Below, in pieces: positions 19,653 through 28,353 of a stretch of 64,000 nucleotides of DNA. The stretch's first letter is position 1, and the number at the start of each line of letters is the position of its first letter. Source of the DNA: an uncultured Desulfosarcina sp. (lineage in GTDB: Bacteria; Desulfobacterota; Desulfobacteria; Desulfobacterales; Desulfosarcinaceae); NCBI GenBank assembly GCA_963674945.2, contig CAXXWQ010000004.1:2592001-2656000 (forward strand), given 5' to 3'. Made by a program: the position numbers and the translations under genes. Under the pieces are notes generated by a model, which had not been told where the DNA came from, did no database searches, and was given only the letters and a program-made list of their open reading frames with translations.

Positions 19653-22085
19653 ATGCAAGTAGATGCCACAACAAAAAACCAGCTTGCACAGTTCGGACGA
19701 ACCATCGCGTTGATGTTCAATCGATCCCTCATGTACCAGGCCAACCATCCGTTTGTACAGCAATCCATCGATATGTTTTACGAAGGGGCGCGCTCTTTGC
19801 TTGCCACCATCTCGCCATTGGTATTTATTCTCAATCGCGAAGAGTTCTATGTGGATGAAGTGCCCTTGGACCCCCGCATCAATGTAGGCCGCCTTTTGTT
19901 ACTTTTTAAAAACAACGATATCCAGTCCATCTCCATCGAACCGGGGCTCGAAAAACGGGAGGTGAGGGTGTTTCTGGAGGTATTCGGCGAAATCAAAAAG
20001 TACAGTAGTGCAGAAGCGATTAAAAAGGCCATCTTCTCCCGTGGTGTCACAAATATCAAAATCAACCACGTACGATATAAAAAAGTAACGGAAGACGACG
20101 AGATCATCTCCAGGGACACGATAAAGGGTTTTACACCGAATCTCATGAGTGCCGAGGAAGAAGCCAAAACCCGAAAGATGTTTATGGATTCTCTTCTGGA
20201 GAGTGTTCTCACCGAGGAGTTTGCCAAGACCTTGAATATCGAATCGCTCATGGCCAACCCTGCCGCCGTATCGGAAAACATGATTCAGGCGGATCTGGAA
20301 CACGTCGCTTCCACCGCCGGGGAATCGGGCTCAGGGGGAGTTGGTGGTGCCGAAAAAAGTTCGGATACCGGCTCCGGGTCAATGGCCGATGGGGGTGTTC
20401 CGGGCGGCATTTCGGGTACTGGGGCCAGAGGCGTGGATGCCGGGGGCGACGCAGAAGAAGGTTCGGGTACGGGCGGTGGCTTGCGTGCCGGAACGGATAC
20501 AGGCGCACAGACAGAACTCGAAGGCGCCGGTCCTGCGCGCGGCATGGGCGGCAGCGGTCATGGTGGTTTGTTGATCCAGCAATTGGACGTGATGCGCATG
20601 GAAGTGGAAAATCATATTGCGGGAAAAGGCAATGTGGAGATTTCCCAGTTGGCCGATGCCATCTTCGATATGAAAAAGCAATTGCTGGCGGGTATCGAAG
20701 CCCAAAAAGCACTGGGGGTGGCCTACGAAAACGAATCAGACATCCTGCAGCATGCCAATGAACTCACCGATCAGGTACTCCTTCAATTGGTTCGAGACGA
20801 GTATCAGAAGGGAGAAATCACACCTTCTCGCATGGCCCAAATCGTAAGACGTCTCATACCCGAAGCGGATGAGTTGAAGCGCCTTTTGCCCGATATCAAA
20901 GCCGTCCTTTTGGATGAGGGCATGTCCCACACCCAGTACCTGGAATTGATTCAGGCGTTGAGCAAGGAGCTTCAAAGCGAAGGCCTGGCCAATATTCTCC
21001 AGGCGAGCGGGGAGGAAATCGGCGTGGATGGTGAATTGCTGATCACCGAACTCAAACAGAATCCCGAACAAGCCGCCCAGTTGATCTACCTGGCATCGGA
21101 AATTCGAAAGGGAGACGGTGACGACGAAGCACTGACCGAAATCCTGGCCGGATATGTTGAGAAGATGGGCGGAGATTTGGCCCTGGAGCAGGCCGGGGAA
21201 AAGGATGATCCGGCGCATCTTCAAAAAGTGATGGGAAGCATCGAGACAAGTATCGTCCGGCAGTTGGAAAAAATGGATGTGGAAAGTGATGTCATCGCAA
21301 AGCTGGAAAAACGGCTGAACGACCGGATGGAAGCTGTTTTGGACCAGATGCGGGCCGAGTGGATGCAAGCGCGAAACCGACAGGGAAAAGGCGGAGAAGG
21401 AGGAAAGCCGCGACGCGTACTCAGTGTCCTGGAAACCCTTGAGCAGAGCGTCAGCGAACACGACGAATTGGGACTAATTCTAAATGTCGTACGAGAAAAA
21501 GTGGAATCCGGTAAAATCGACGAAAACGACTATAAAGCCATTCAAAATGAAATTACGCTGGAAAAGCAACGAATCAAAGAAGCAGAAGCCAACCGCGTCA
21601 CGCCCACGGGTGTGATCAAAGCGGGGGCGATGGTCTTTATTCTGGAAAAGGAGATCGCCCGGGCCAACCGGTATGACTATTCATTTTCGGTGTTGGCTTT
21701 TTCAATGGTTCGAATCAAACCTCAGGCCAAAGTCCCGGCCGGTACAATTCACAACGAAATCCTCATTGAATCCGCTCTTGCCAAGATGGTCGAAATCTTT
21801 CGCGAGGTGGACATCGTTGGGCAGATGGGCAAAAATACAATCATCGTCGTGCTCCCATTGATTGACCGCGAGGATTCGAAAAAGGCCTTAAACCGTGTCA
21901 TAACGAAGCTTCAGGGAGAGTACCTTGTCGTCAACGATATTCCGGTTGATGTGAAATATGCAGGAATCGCCATGACTTTCGACGGTGAACACACACCCGA
22001 CGCGAAAAGTTTCATACGGGTCATGTCCAGTCGACTTCAGGATATGGCCAATCGCTTGAAAAATATTCAATCGTACATGTCGTGA
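19653..22085 (+). CDS. Large cytoplasmic protein with Gly/Ser/Thr-rich linker, helical region and C-terminal degenerate GGDEF domain
   Basis: GAGG RBS before MQVDAT; C-terminal LEKEIARANRY...FSVLAF...FREVDIVGQMGKNTIIVVLP follows the GGDEF pattern with the active site replaced. Confidence 0.75.
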   Translation: MQVDATTKNQLAQFGRTIALMFNRSLMYQANHPFVQQSIDMFYEGARSLLATISPLVFILNREEFYVDEVPLDPRINVGRLLLLFKNNDIQSISIEPGLEKREVRVFLEVFGEIKKYSSAEAIKKAIFSRGVTNIKINHVRYKKVTEDDEIISRDTIKGFTPNLMSAEEEAKTRKMFMDSLLESVLTEEFAKTLNIESLMANPAAVSENMIQADLEHVASTAGESGSGGVGGAEKSSDTGSGSMADGGVPGGISGTGARGVDAGGDAEEGSGTGGGLRAGTDTGAQTELEGAGPARGMGGSGHGGLLIQQLDVMRMEVENHIAGKGNVEISQLADAIFDMKKQLLAGIEAQKALGVAYENESDILQHANELTDQVLLQLVRDEYQKGEITPSRMAQIVRRLIPEADELKRLLPDIKAVLLDEGMSHTQYLELIQALSKELQSEGLANILQASGEEIGVDGELLITELKQNPEQAAQLIYLASEIRKGDGDDEALTEILAGYVEKMGGDLALEQAGEKDDPAHLQKVMGSIETSIVRQLEKMDVESDVIAKLEKRLNDRMEAVLDQMRAEWMQARNRQGKGGEGGKPRRVLSVLETLEQSVSEHDELGLILNVVREKVESGKIDENDYKAIQNEITLEKQRIKEAEANRVTPTGVIKAGAMVFILEKEIARANRYDYSFSVLAFSMVRIKPQAKVPAGTIHNEILIESALAKMVEIFREVDIVGQMGKNTIIVVLPLIDREDSKKALNRVITKLQGEYLVVNDIPVDVKYAGIAMTFDGEHTPDAKSFIRVMSSRLQDMANRLKNIQSYMS

Positions 22086-22180
22086 CAATGCAAAGGAAAC
22101 ATTGCCCATGCCCCGACCCATCTCCCGAAAATCTTTTATCGCTCTCTTTGGAAAACGCTCATGGTGGAGAGTAAAATAGC

Positions 22181-23986
22181 ATGAAGTATCGAAAAATTAC
22201 TCTCATCCTTTTTCTATTTGCAGGATTGTGTGCAGCAGTGGTATGGGCGGCAGAAAGCTCGAATGCAAACCTTTCCGCATTCCCGCCAGACCTGGACAGC
22301 TATGGTGACGAGGCGATGGGCAGCATCTTCGCTATATTGAAAAACCGCGTCCATCAGCACCCCTTCAACCTCGTGGCAACGATCATCTTTTTCTGTGCCA
22401 TTATACACACTTTCTTGACCGGTCGATTCATGGTAATCTCCCATCGATGGGCCCACGATCATGAAGAGAAAATAAAAAAAGGCCTGGCGCCGAAACATTC
22501 GGTACACCACGGTGCAGAGCTTTTTCATTTTCTCGGGGAAGTGGAGGCGGTTTTCGGCATCTGGGCCGCCGCTTTGGTGGGTACCATTGTAATGTTTTTC
22601 GATTGGCAAACGGCCAAGAGCTACATCCTGTACAAGGTCAATTTCACCGAACCGATGTTCGTGGTGGTTATCATGACCCTGGCGGCGACCCGGCCGATTC
22701 TGCAGCTTTCCGAAAAGGCCATGGCCAAGGTTGCCAATCTGATGGGCGGGACGCTTTCCGCCTGGTGGTGGACGTTACTCACCATCGGTCCCATCCTCGG
22801 TTCCTTTATCACCGAGCCGGCCGCCATGACCATTACCGCCATGCTGCTGTCCGAAAAAATCTACGAACTCAACCCTTCGAACAAATTCAAGTACGCGACC
22901 TTGGGTCTTTTGTTCGTCAATGTCAGTGTTGGTGGTACGCTTACCAGTTACGCGGCGCCGCCGGTGCTCATGGTGGCCGCCCCCTGGAGTTGGGATACCG
23001 CCTTCATGATAAGCCATTATGGATGGAAGGCCATTCTTGGAATACTGGTGGCCAACCTGAGCTATTATTTTATGTTTCGAGGCGAATTGAAATCATTGGA
23101 AATGGCTTTTTCCATGGAAAGCCTGAAGAATGAGATTCAACGACGCTACCTGAAGCGATCCCATCTGGAAGCGATGGTGGACGACTGCATCGAACGATTG
23201 GGCGATCGGCTCCATTTTTTCGATAACTTTTCAAATCAGTTTAAAGACGCCACCAAAGAACTCTACGAGAGACTGGAAAAACGGGTGATGGCGGCGTTGA
23301 AGGAAAAGGGCGTCAATGAACAGCTGGCCAAACAGGCCTTTGAAGAGCGCATCGGCGAGATCCAGCTACGGCGAATGCGGCAAAATTTTCCCGCTTTGCT
23401 GCCACCTGCCGATCGACCGGCCTTTATGGACCCGGATTGGGATCATCGAGACGATCCGGTACCTTACTGGGTAACATTGTTTCATCTTGCCTTTATGGGA
23501 TGGACCATCATCAACGCCCACTACCCGCCATTTTTTATTCCGGGACTTCTCTTCTTTTTGGGTTTTGCCCAGGTGAGTTCGCCATACCAGAACCGTATCA
23601 GCCTCAAACCGGCCCTGCTGGTGGGCTTTTTTCTCGGTGGTCTGGTCATCCATGGTGGGCTTCAGGGGTGGTGGATTGAGCCGGTATTGGGAAATCTGTC
23701 CAAAATTCCACTGATGATGGGGGCCACGATTCTCACGGCATTTAACGACAACGCGGCCATCACATTTTTAAGCACACTTGTGCCCAACTTTTCCGACAGC
23801 ATGAAATACACCGTGGTTGCCGGTGCCGTGGCCGGCGGCGGCCTGACGATCATCGCAAATGCTCCCAACCCCGCCGGGCTGAGCATACTCAAATCCTATT
23901 TTCATGAGGAAGTGTCTCCCGGATTGATTTTTCTGGCAGCAATTTTGCCGACGGTAATCTTATGGTTATCTTTTCTTTTGCTATAG
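22181..23986 (+). CDS. Putative Na+/H+ antiporter (DUF1504 / Na_H_antiport_3 family)
   Basis: FHFLGEVEAVFG, FTEPMFV, GSFITEPAAMT, VNVSVGGTLT, TAFNDNAA, GGGLTIIANAPNPAG. Confidence 0.85.
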   Translation: MKYRKITLILFLFAGLCAAVVWAAESSNANLSAFPPDLDSYGDEAMGSIFAILKNRVHQHPFNLVATIIFFCAIIHTFLTGRFMVISHRWAHDHEEKIKKGLAPKHSVHHGAELFHFLGEVEAVFGIWAAALVGTIVMFFDWQTAKSYILYKVNFTEPMFVVVIMTLAATRPILQLSEKAMAKVANLMGGTLSAWWWTLLTIGPILGSFITEPAAMTITAMLLSEKIYELNPSNKFKYATLGLLFVNVSVGGTLTSYAAPPVLMVAAPWSWDTAFMISHYGWKAILGILVANLSYYFMFRGELKSLEMAFSMESLKNEIQRRYLKRSHLEAMVDDCIERLGDRLHFFDNFSNQFKDATKELYERLEKRVMAALKEKGVNEQLAKQAFEERIGEIQLRRMRQNFPALLPPADRPAFMDPDWDHRDDPVPYWVTLFHLAFMGWTIINAHYPPFFIPGLLFFLGFAQVSSPYQNRISLKPALLVGFFLGGLVIHGGLQGWWIEPVLGNLSKIPLMMGATILTAFNDNAAITFLSTLVPNFSDSMKYTVVAGAVAGGGLTIIANAPNPAGLSILKSYFHEEVSPGLIFLAAILPTVILWLSFLLL

Positions 23987-24147
23987 CGCGAATGGAAAAA
24001 TGGCCAATTTTCCCGATATCCGTATTGCCGAAAGACTTCATCTTCGGAATACCAAGTTTGTGCCCCGACAAAGTTTTCCTATGTTGGGCGAACACCATGG
24101 AATGATAGACTCGGCTTTACATTTTTCGGTATTCATGGGAGAAGACA

Positions 24148-24582
24148 ATGACCAAATGGCTGCGAACCTTCGAGCACATCATCATTCGGTCACTCATCGT
24201 GATGATGGCCGTCATCATCCTCATCTCCACCATCGAACTGGGCTATCTGCTGGTCAAGGATATCGTCAGTCCACCGGTCTTTTTCCTGGAGATCGATGAA
24301 CTGCTGGAGCTTTTCGGCTTCTTTCTGCTGATTCTGATCGGGATCGAACTGTTGGAGACCATCAAAGCATACCTGCAAGACGAAGTCGTCCATTCGGAAA
24401 TCGTTTTGGAAGTGGCCCTTATTGCCATTGCGCGTAAAGTGATAATATTGGACTTCGAGAAATATGACAGCATGGTCATTCTCGGCATCGCCGCCCTGAT
24501 CGTAACGATTTCCCTTTCGTACTATATCGTTCGGCGGAAAATCCGAGTCGATCTTTCGATGGACAAGTCAACGCGATCCTGA
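24148..24582 (+). CDS. Phosphate-starvation-inducible PsiE-family membrane protein
   Basis: 4 TM segments; LIGIELLETIKAY, VALIAIARKVIILD. Confidence 0.85.
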   Translation: MTKWLRTFEHIIIRSLIVMMAVIILISTIELGYLLVKDIVSPPVFFLEIDELLELFGFFLLILIGIELLETIKAYLQDEVVHSEIVLEVALIAIARKVIILDFEKYDSMVILGIAALIVTISLSYYIVRRKIRVDLSMDKSTRS

Positions 24583-24637
24583 GTGCGGAATCGATTGTCT
24601 CCGGATTGTTACGAATGAAAGGAAATAGCACAAAACG

Positions 24638-27382
24638 ATGAAATCCTGGAAAAAGAGATTGTTCATTGGCGCTGCCATAATCCTGGCATTGCTGATCGGC
24701 ATTGCATTGATGAAGCTGATATTCGTTGACTTCGTGGTCGACTACTGGTGGTTTCAATCCCAGGAATTGAGCCTTTTTTTTATCATGCGCCTGGTTTACC
24801 GCTACCTGGTGTTTCTTTTCTTTGCATTTGTCTTTTTCGCCTTTTTTTATGTCAATTTCTGGATTGCCTCCCGATTTGTCGGTTTCGATGATTCGGCGAA
24901 TCGAACGGAAAACAAGGATATCGTCCGACGCCTTCACGGTGCGCTGGGGCGGTTCTATCTTCCCGTTTCCCTGTTGATGGCCCTGCCCATCGCCGTTCCC
25001 ATGTATGCGCATTGGGAGGAGGCGCTGATGTTTCTGTTCGGCGGCAAAAGCGGCGTCACCGATCCGCTGTTGGGCAAGAACATCAGCTTTTACCTCTTTT
25101 CCCTGCCCGTCTACAACTTGCTCCAGAAGGAGATCCTGCTGGTTGCCGTAATCCTGTTTCTCGTGGTGATTTTTCTCTATTGGTACGAGCACCGCCTGTT
25201 GGCCCGAAAAGATGAAGTCCTGCCAAGAGGCGCGCGCATTCACATCAACCTTCTCGCCCTCGTCATTATCGGCATCCTATGCTGGGGATTTGTTCTCGAA
25301 CGATACGGGCTTCTCTATGAAACGACCAACCTTCCGGTCTTCTTCGGCCCCGGCTACGTGGAGATGCGCGTCATCCTCCCGTTTATCTGGTCGACAATCA
25401 TCTTTCTCGGTGCCACCGGCATATCTTTGGTGATTTCGATCAATCGCGGCCGTGGCTGGAAGTTGCCGGCGACGTTCGCGGTCCTGTTCATTCTCAGCAT
25501 CGTCGGAAGAAACGCCGATTTCTTTGCCGACAGTGTTCGCAAGTATGTCGTCGCCCCCAACCAGATCATTCGAGAAAAAACGTACATCGATGCCAATATC
25601 CGCTCGACGCTGGCGGCATTCGACCTGGATGACATTGAAATCCGCGACTACGCCACCCGGGCCCGACCTGATTTCGACGCCCAGGATCCGGACCTGATCC
25701 GTCGCCTGCAAAACATTCCCGTGTGGGACCGGGAAATGCTGGGCAGTGTTTACGAAGAGCTTCAGGGAATTCGAACCTATTACTCCTTTCCCACCATCGA
25801 TGTGGATCGCTATACGGTCGAAGGAAATTATCGCCAGGTCTATCTGGGTGCCAGGGAGGTTCAGTTTTCCAAGCTTCCCCAATCGGCGCAGAACTGGATC
25901 AACCTTCATCTCCAGTACACCCATGGTCAGGGGGTGGTCATGATTCCGGCCGCCCAGGCCGGCGATGCATTCATGACCTGGTTCGTCAAGGATATCCCCC
26001 CCACCTCCGACTACGGGCTTTCCAGCGACCAAACCGCTATCTATTTCGGAATGGAAAACAAACCCTATGTGATCGTGCCCAATGACGCCGGGGAGATCGG
26101 GTCTCCCATGGGGGAAGATGAAGCCATCGTAAATTACGAGGGAACCGGCGGGGTGAGCATCGATTCCCTATGGCGAAAATTGCTTTTTTCCCTCTATTTC
26201 AAGGACCGCAACATTTTTTGGACCACCAAGACCAACGACCAGAGCCGGATTCTGTTTCGCCGCCACGTCATTGACCGGATCACCCACATCACCCCGTTTC
26301 TGAAACTCGATCAGGACCCCTACATCGTCATGACCGAAGGCGGGTTGTTCTGGATCCAGGATGCCTATACCACGGCAGACAACTATCCTCTCGTCATGCC
26401 GCTGGGGGATGGATACAACTATATCCGCAACGCGGTGAAGATCGTCGTCGATGCCTACAACGGAAAGGCTTCCTACTACATTTCCGATTCCGCGGATCCC
26501 ATCATCAGCGCCTATCGCCGCATGTATCCGGGCGTGTTCAAGCCGCTGGATGAGATGCCGGAGAGCCTGCGCAACCACATTCGCTATCCCCAGGACATGT
26601 TTCATACCCAGGTCTCCGTCTATGCCAAATACCATCAGACCGACCCGGAACGGTTCTATCGCCAGGAAGACATCTGGGAGTTTTCCAAGATGCCCCAGGG
26701 ACGGGATCTGGTTCCGGCAAAGCCCTACTATTTGACGCTGGACCTGATCAATTCGGGCGAGGAGGATTTTCTTTTGTTCATGCCCCTTTCGCCCTTCGGC
26801 CGCGACAACCTGCGCGCCTTGATGATCGCAGGCAGTGACGGCAATAACTACGGAAAGATTTTTGCTTATCGATTCTCCCGGGAACAGCAGGTCTATGGAC
26901 CGGCTCAGATCCATTCCCTCGTCAACCAGGACGTGATCATCTCCGAACAATTCACCCTTTGGGACCAGGAGGGCTCCGAGGTGATTTTAGGGAAAATGAT
27001 CATCGAGCCCACAGGCGGGTCCCTGCTTTATATTCAGCCGGTGTACCTGCAGGAGGAGGGGTCGCTGAAAATTCCCCAACTCAAACGTTTGATCATGGCC
27101 CTGGGCGATGCAGTGGTCATGGCACCGAGTTTAGAAGAGGCTGCCGTGAAGCTCGAAGCGGAACTGGCCCGCAAATCCAACCCCAGGGGAGTACAACGTC
27201 GGACGCCATCCGACCTGCCCACGGCACCGATCGACGAATCCGAATCGAAATCAGCGGTGCCGCAAGAAATGAAGCCGGTTACCAACGGAGCCGCGAATCC
27301 ACCCATGTCAAACGGGAATCAAGATGTTACACTGCCGGATCATCCATCCGAAGAAAATGGGGATGTCATGAAGCAGCCTTGA
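24638..27382 (+). CDS. UPF0182 family membrane protein
   Basis: DYWWFQS, DPLLGKNISFYLFSLP, IDVDRY, HLQYTHGQG, DPYIV, FWIQDAYTT, NYIRNAVK, YIQPVYLQ. Confidence 0.92.
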   Translation: MKSWKKRLFIGAAIILALLIGIALMKLIFVDFVVDYWWFQSQELSLFFIMRLVYRYLVFLFFAFVFFAFFYVNFWIASRFVGFDDSANRTENKDIVRRLHGALGRFYLPVSLLMALPIAVPMYAHWEEALMFLFGGKSGVTDPLLGKNISFYLFSLPVYNLLQKEILLVAVILFLVVIFLYWYEHRLLARKDEVLPRGARIHINLLALVIIGILCWGFVLERYGLLYETTNLPVFFGPGYVEMRVILPFIWSTIIFLGATGISLVISINRGRGWKLPATFAVLFILSIVGRNADFFADSVRKYVVAPNQIIREKTYIDANIRSTLAAFDLDDIEIRDYATRARPDFDAQDPDLIRRLQNIPVWDREMLGSVYEELQGIRTYYSFPTIDVDRYTVEGNYRQVYLGAREVQFSKLPQSAQNWINLHLQYTHGQGVVMIPAAQAGDAFMTWFVKDIPPTSDYGLSSDQTAIYFGMENKPYVIVPNDAGEIGSPMGEDEAIVNYEGTGGVSIDSLWRKLLFSLYFKDRNIFWTTKTNDQSRILFRRHVIDRITHITPFLKLDQDPYIVMTEGGLFWIQDAYTTADNYPLVMPLGDGYNYIRNAVKIVVDAYNGKASYYISDSADPIISAYRRMYPGVFKPLDEMPESLRNHIRYPQDMFHTQVSVYAKYHQTDPERFYRQEDIWEFSKMPQGRDLVPAKPYYLTLDLINSGEEDFLLFMPLSPFGRDNLRALMIAGSDGNNYGKIFAYRFSREQQVYGPAQIHSLVNQDVIISEQFTLWDQEGSEVILGKMIIEPTGGSLLYIQPVYLQEEGSLKIPQLKRLIMALGDAVVMAPSLEEAAVKLEAELARKSNPRGVQRRTPSDLPTAPIDESESKSAVPQEMKPVTNGAANPPMSNGNQDVTLPDHPSEENGDVMKQP

Positions 27383-27521
27383 ATGCTTGACACCCGACGA
27401 TAAAGGCTCCAAACTGTCAGGTACATACGACGGCCCATGAACAAAGTGTTTGCAGTGATGCACAACACAAAAAAAGGCGGTAAAAGCGCCTTCGATGGCG
27501 CTGCAGAACGGGAGGTACGCC

Positions 27522-28352
27522 ATGATTAAGAGGATCCTGGTCGGATTGGGTGGAACACCGTTTACCAGGGTAAGCTCCCAGTTTGCAACCATGTTGGCGA
27601 CTCTCCATCAGGCCCAGACCACGGGGGTAACCGTTGTGGACCTGGCCAGGCTGGGCAAGCTGGGACCCGTTCCTGCAGGTGGTCATTTCTATGCCCAACG
27701 GATGCGGGAACGCAGACAAAAGGTTACCCGTGAGGGAATCGAAGCCGCAGTAGAGGCCTTCAAGACCAGTTGCAGTTCCCAGAAAGTGGTGTGCCGTCGC
27801 ATCGAATATGAACATCAGGATCCCTTCACGGCCATGATCGCCGAGGCCCGGTACAACGATCTGGTCATATTCGGTTTGCGCAGCATATTCGACTACGGGT
27901 TTGTATCGGACCCGGACAAGGCGATCATCAAGCTGGTTACCCAGGGGGTCAGGCCGATCCTGGCCGTAGCGGAAAACTATCGCCCCGTAAAAAAAGCGTT
28001 GATCGCCTACAGTGGTTCCATGGAGTCGGCCAAAGCGATCCGTCACTTCCTTCATTTAAAGCCCTGGCCCGGTGTCAGACTGCACATCGTCCATTTTAAG
28101 GAGAGTGCCGGCACTGAGCCATTTCTGCTTGAAAATGCCGCCGACTTTTGTCAGGCACACGGTTTCGAGGTGCAATCCGACATTGTGGATGGTCAGGCGC
28201 GCACCGATCTGATGCCCTATGCAAACGAGATCGACGCCGACCTGGTCGTAATGGGCAACAGCGTGCAAAAGACGCTGATCAAGAAATTAATTGGCGATAC
28301 GGTGTTGGAAACCATTAAATCGGCCGATCGTCCCCTTTTCCTGTCTCAATGA
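27522..28352 (+). CDS. Universal stress protein (two USP domains)
   Basis: GGAGG RBS; KRILVGLGGT, KKALIAYSGS, ADLVVMG...LIGDTV...RPLFLS. Confidence 0.85.
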   Translation: MIKRILVGLGGTPFTRVSSQFATMLATLHQAQTTGVTVVDLARLGKLGPVPAGGHFYAQRMRERRQKVTREGIEAAVEAFKTSCSSQKVVCRRIEYEHQDPFTAMIAEARYNDLVIFGLRSIFDYGFVSDPDKAIIKLVTQGVRPILAVAENYRPVKKALIAYSGSMESAKAIRHFLHLKPWPGVRLHIVHFKESAGTEPFLLENAADFCQAHGFEVQSDIVDGQARTDLMPYANEIDADLVVMGNSVQKTLIKKLIGDTVLETIKSADRPLFLSQ

Positions 28353-28353
28353 C

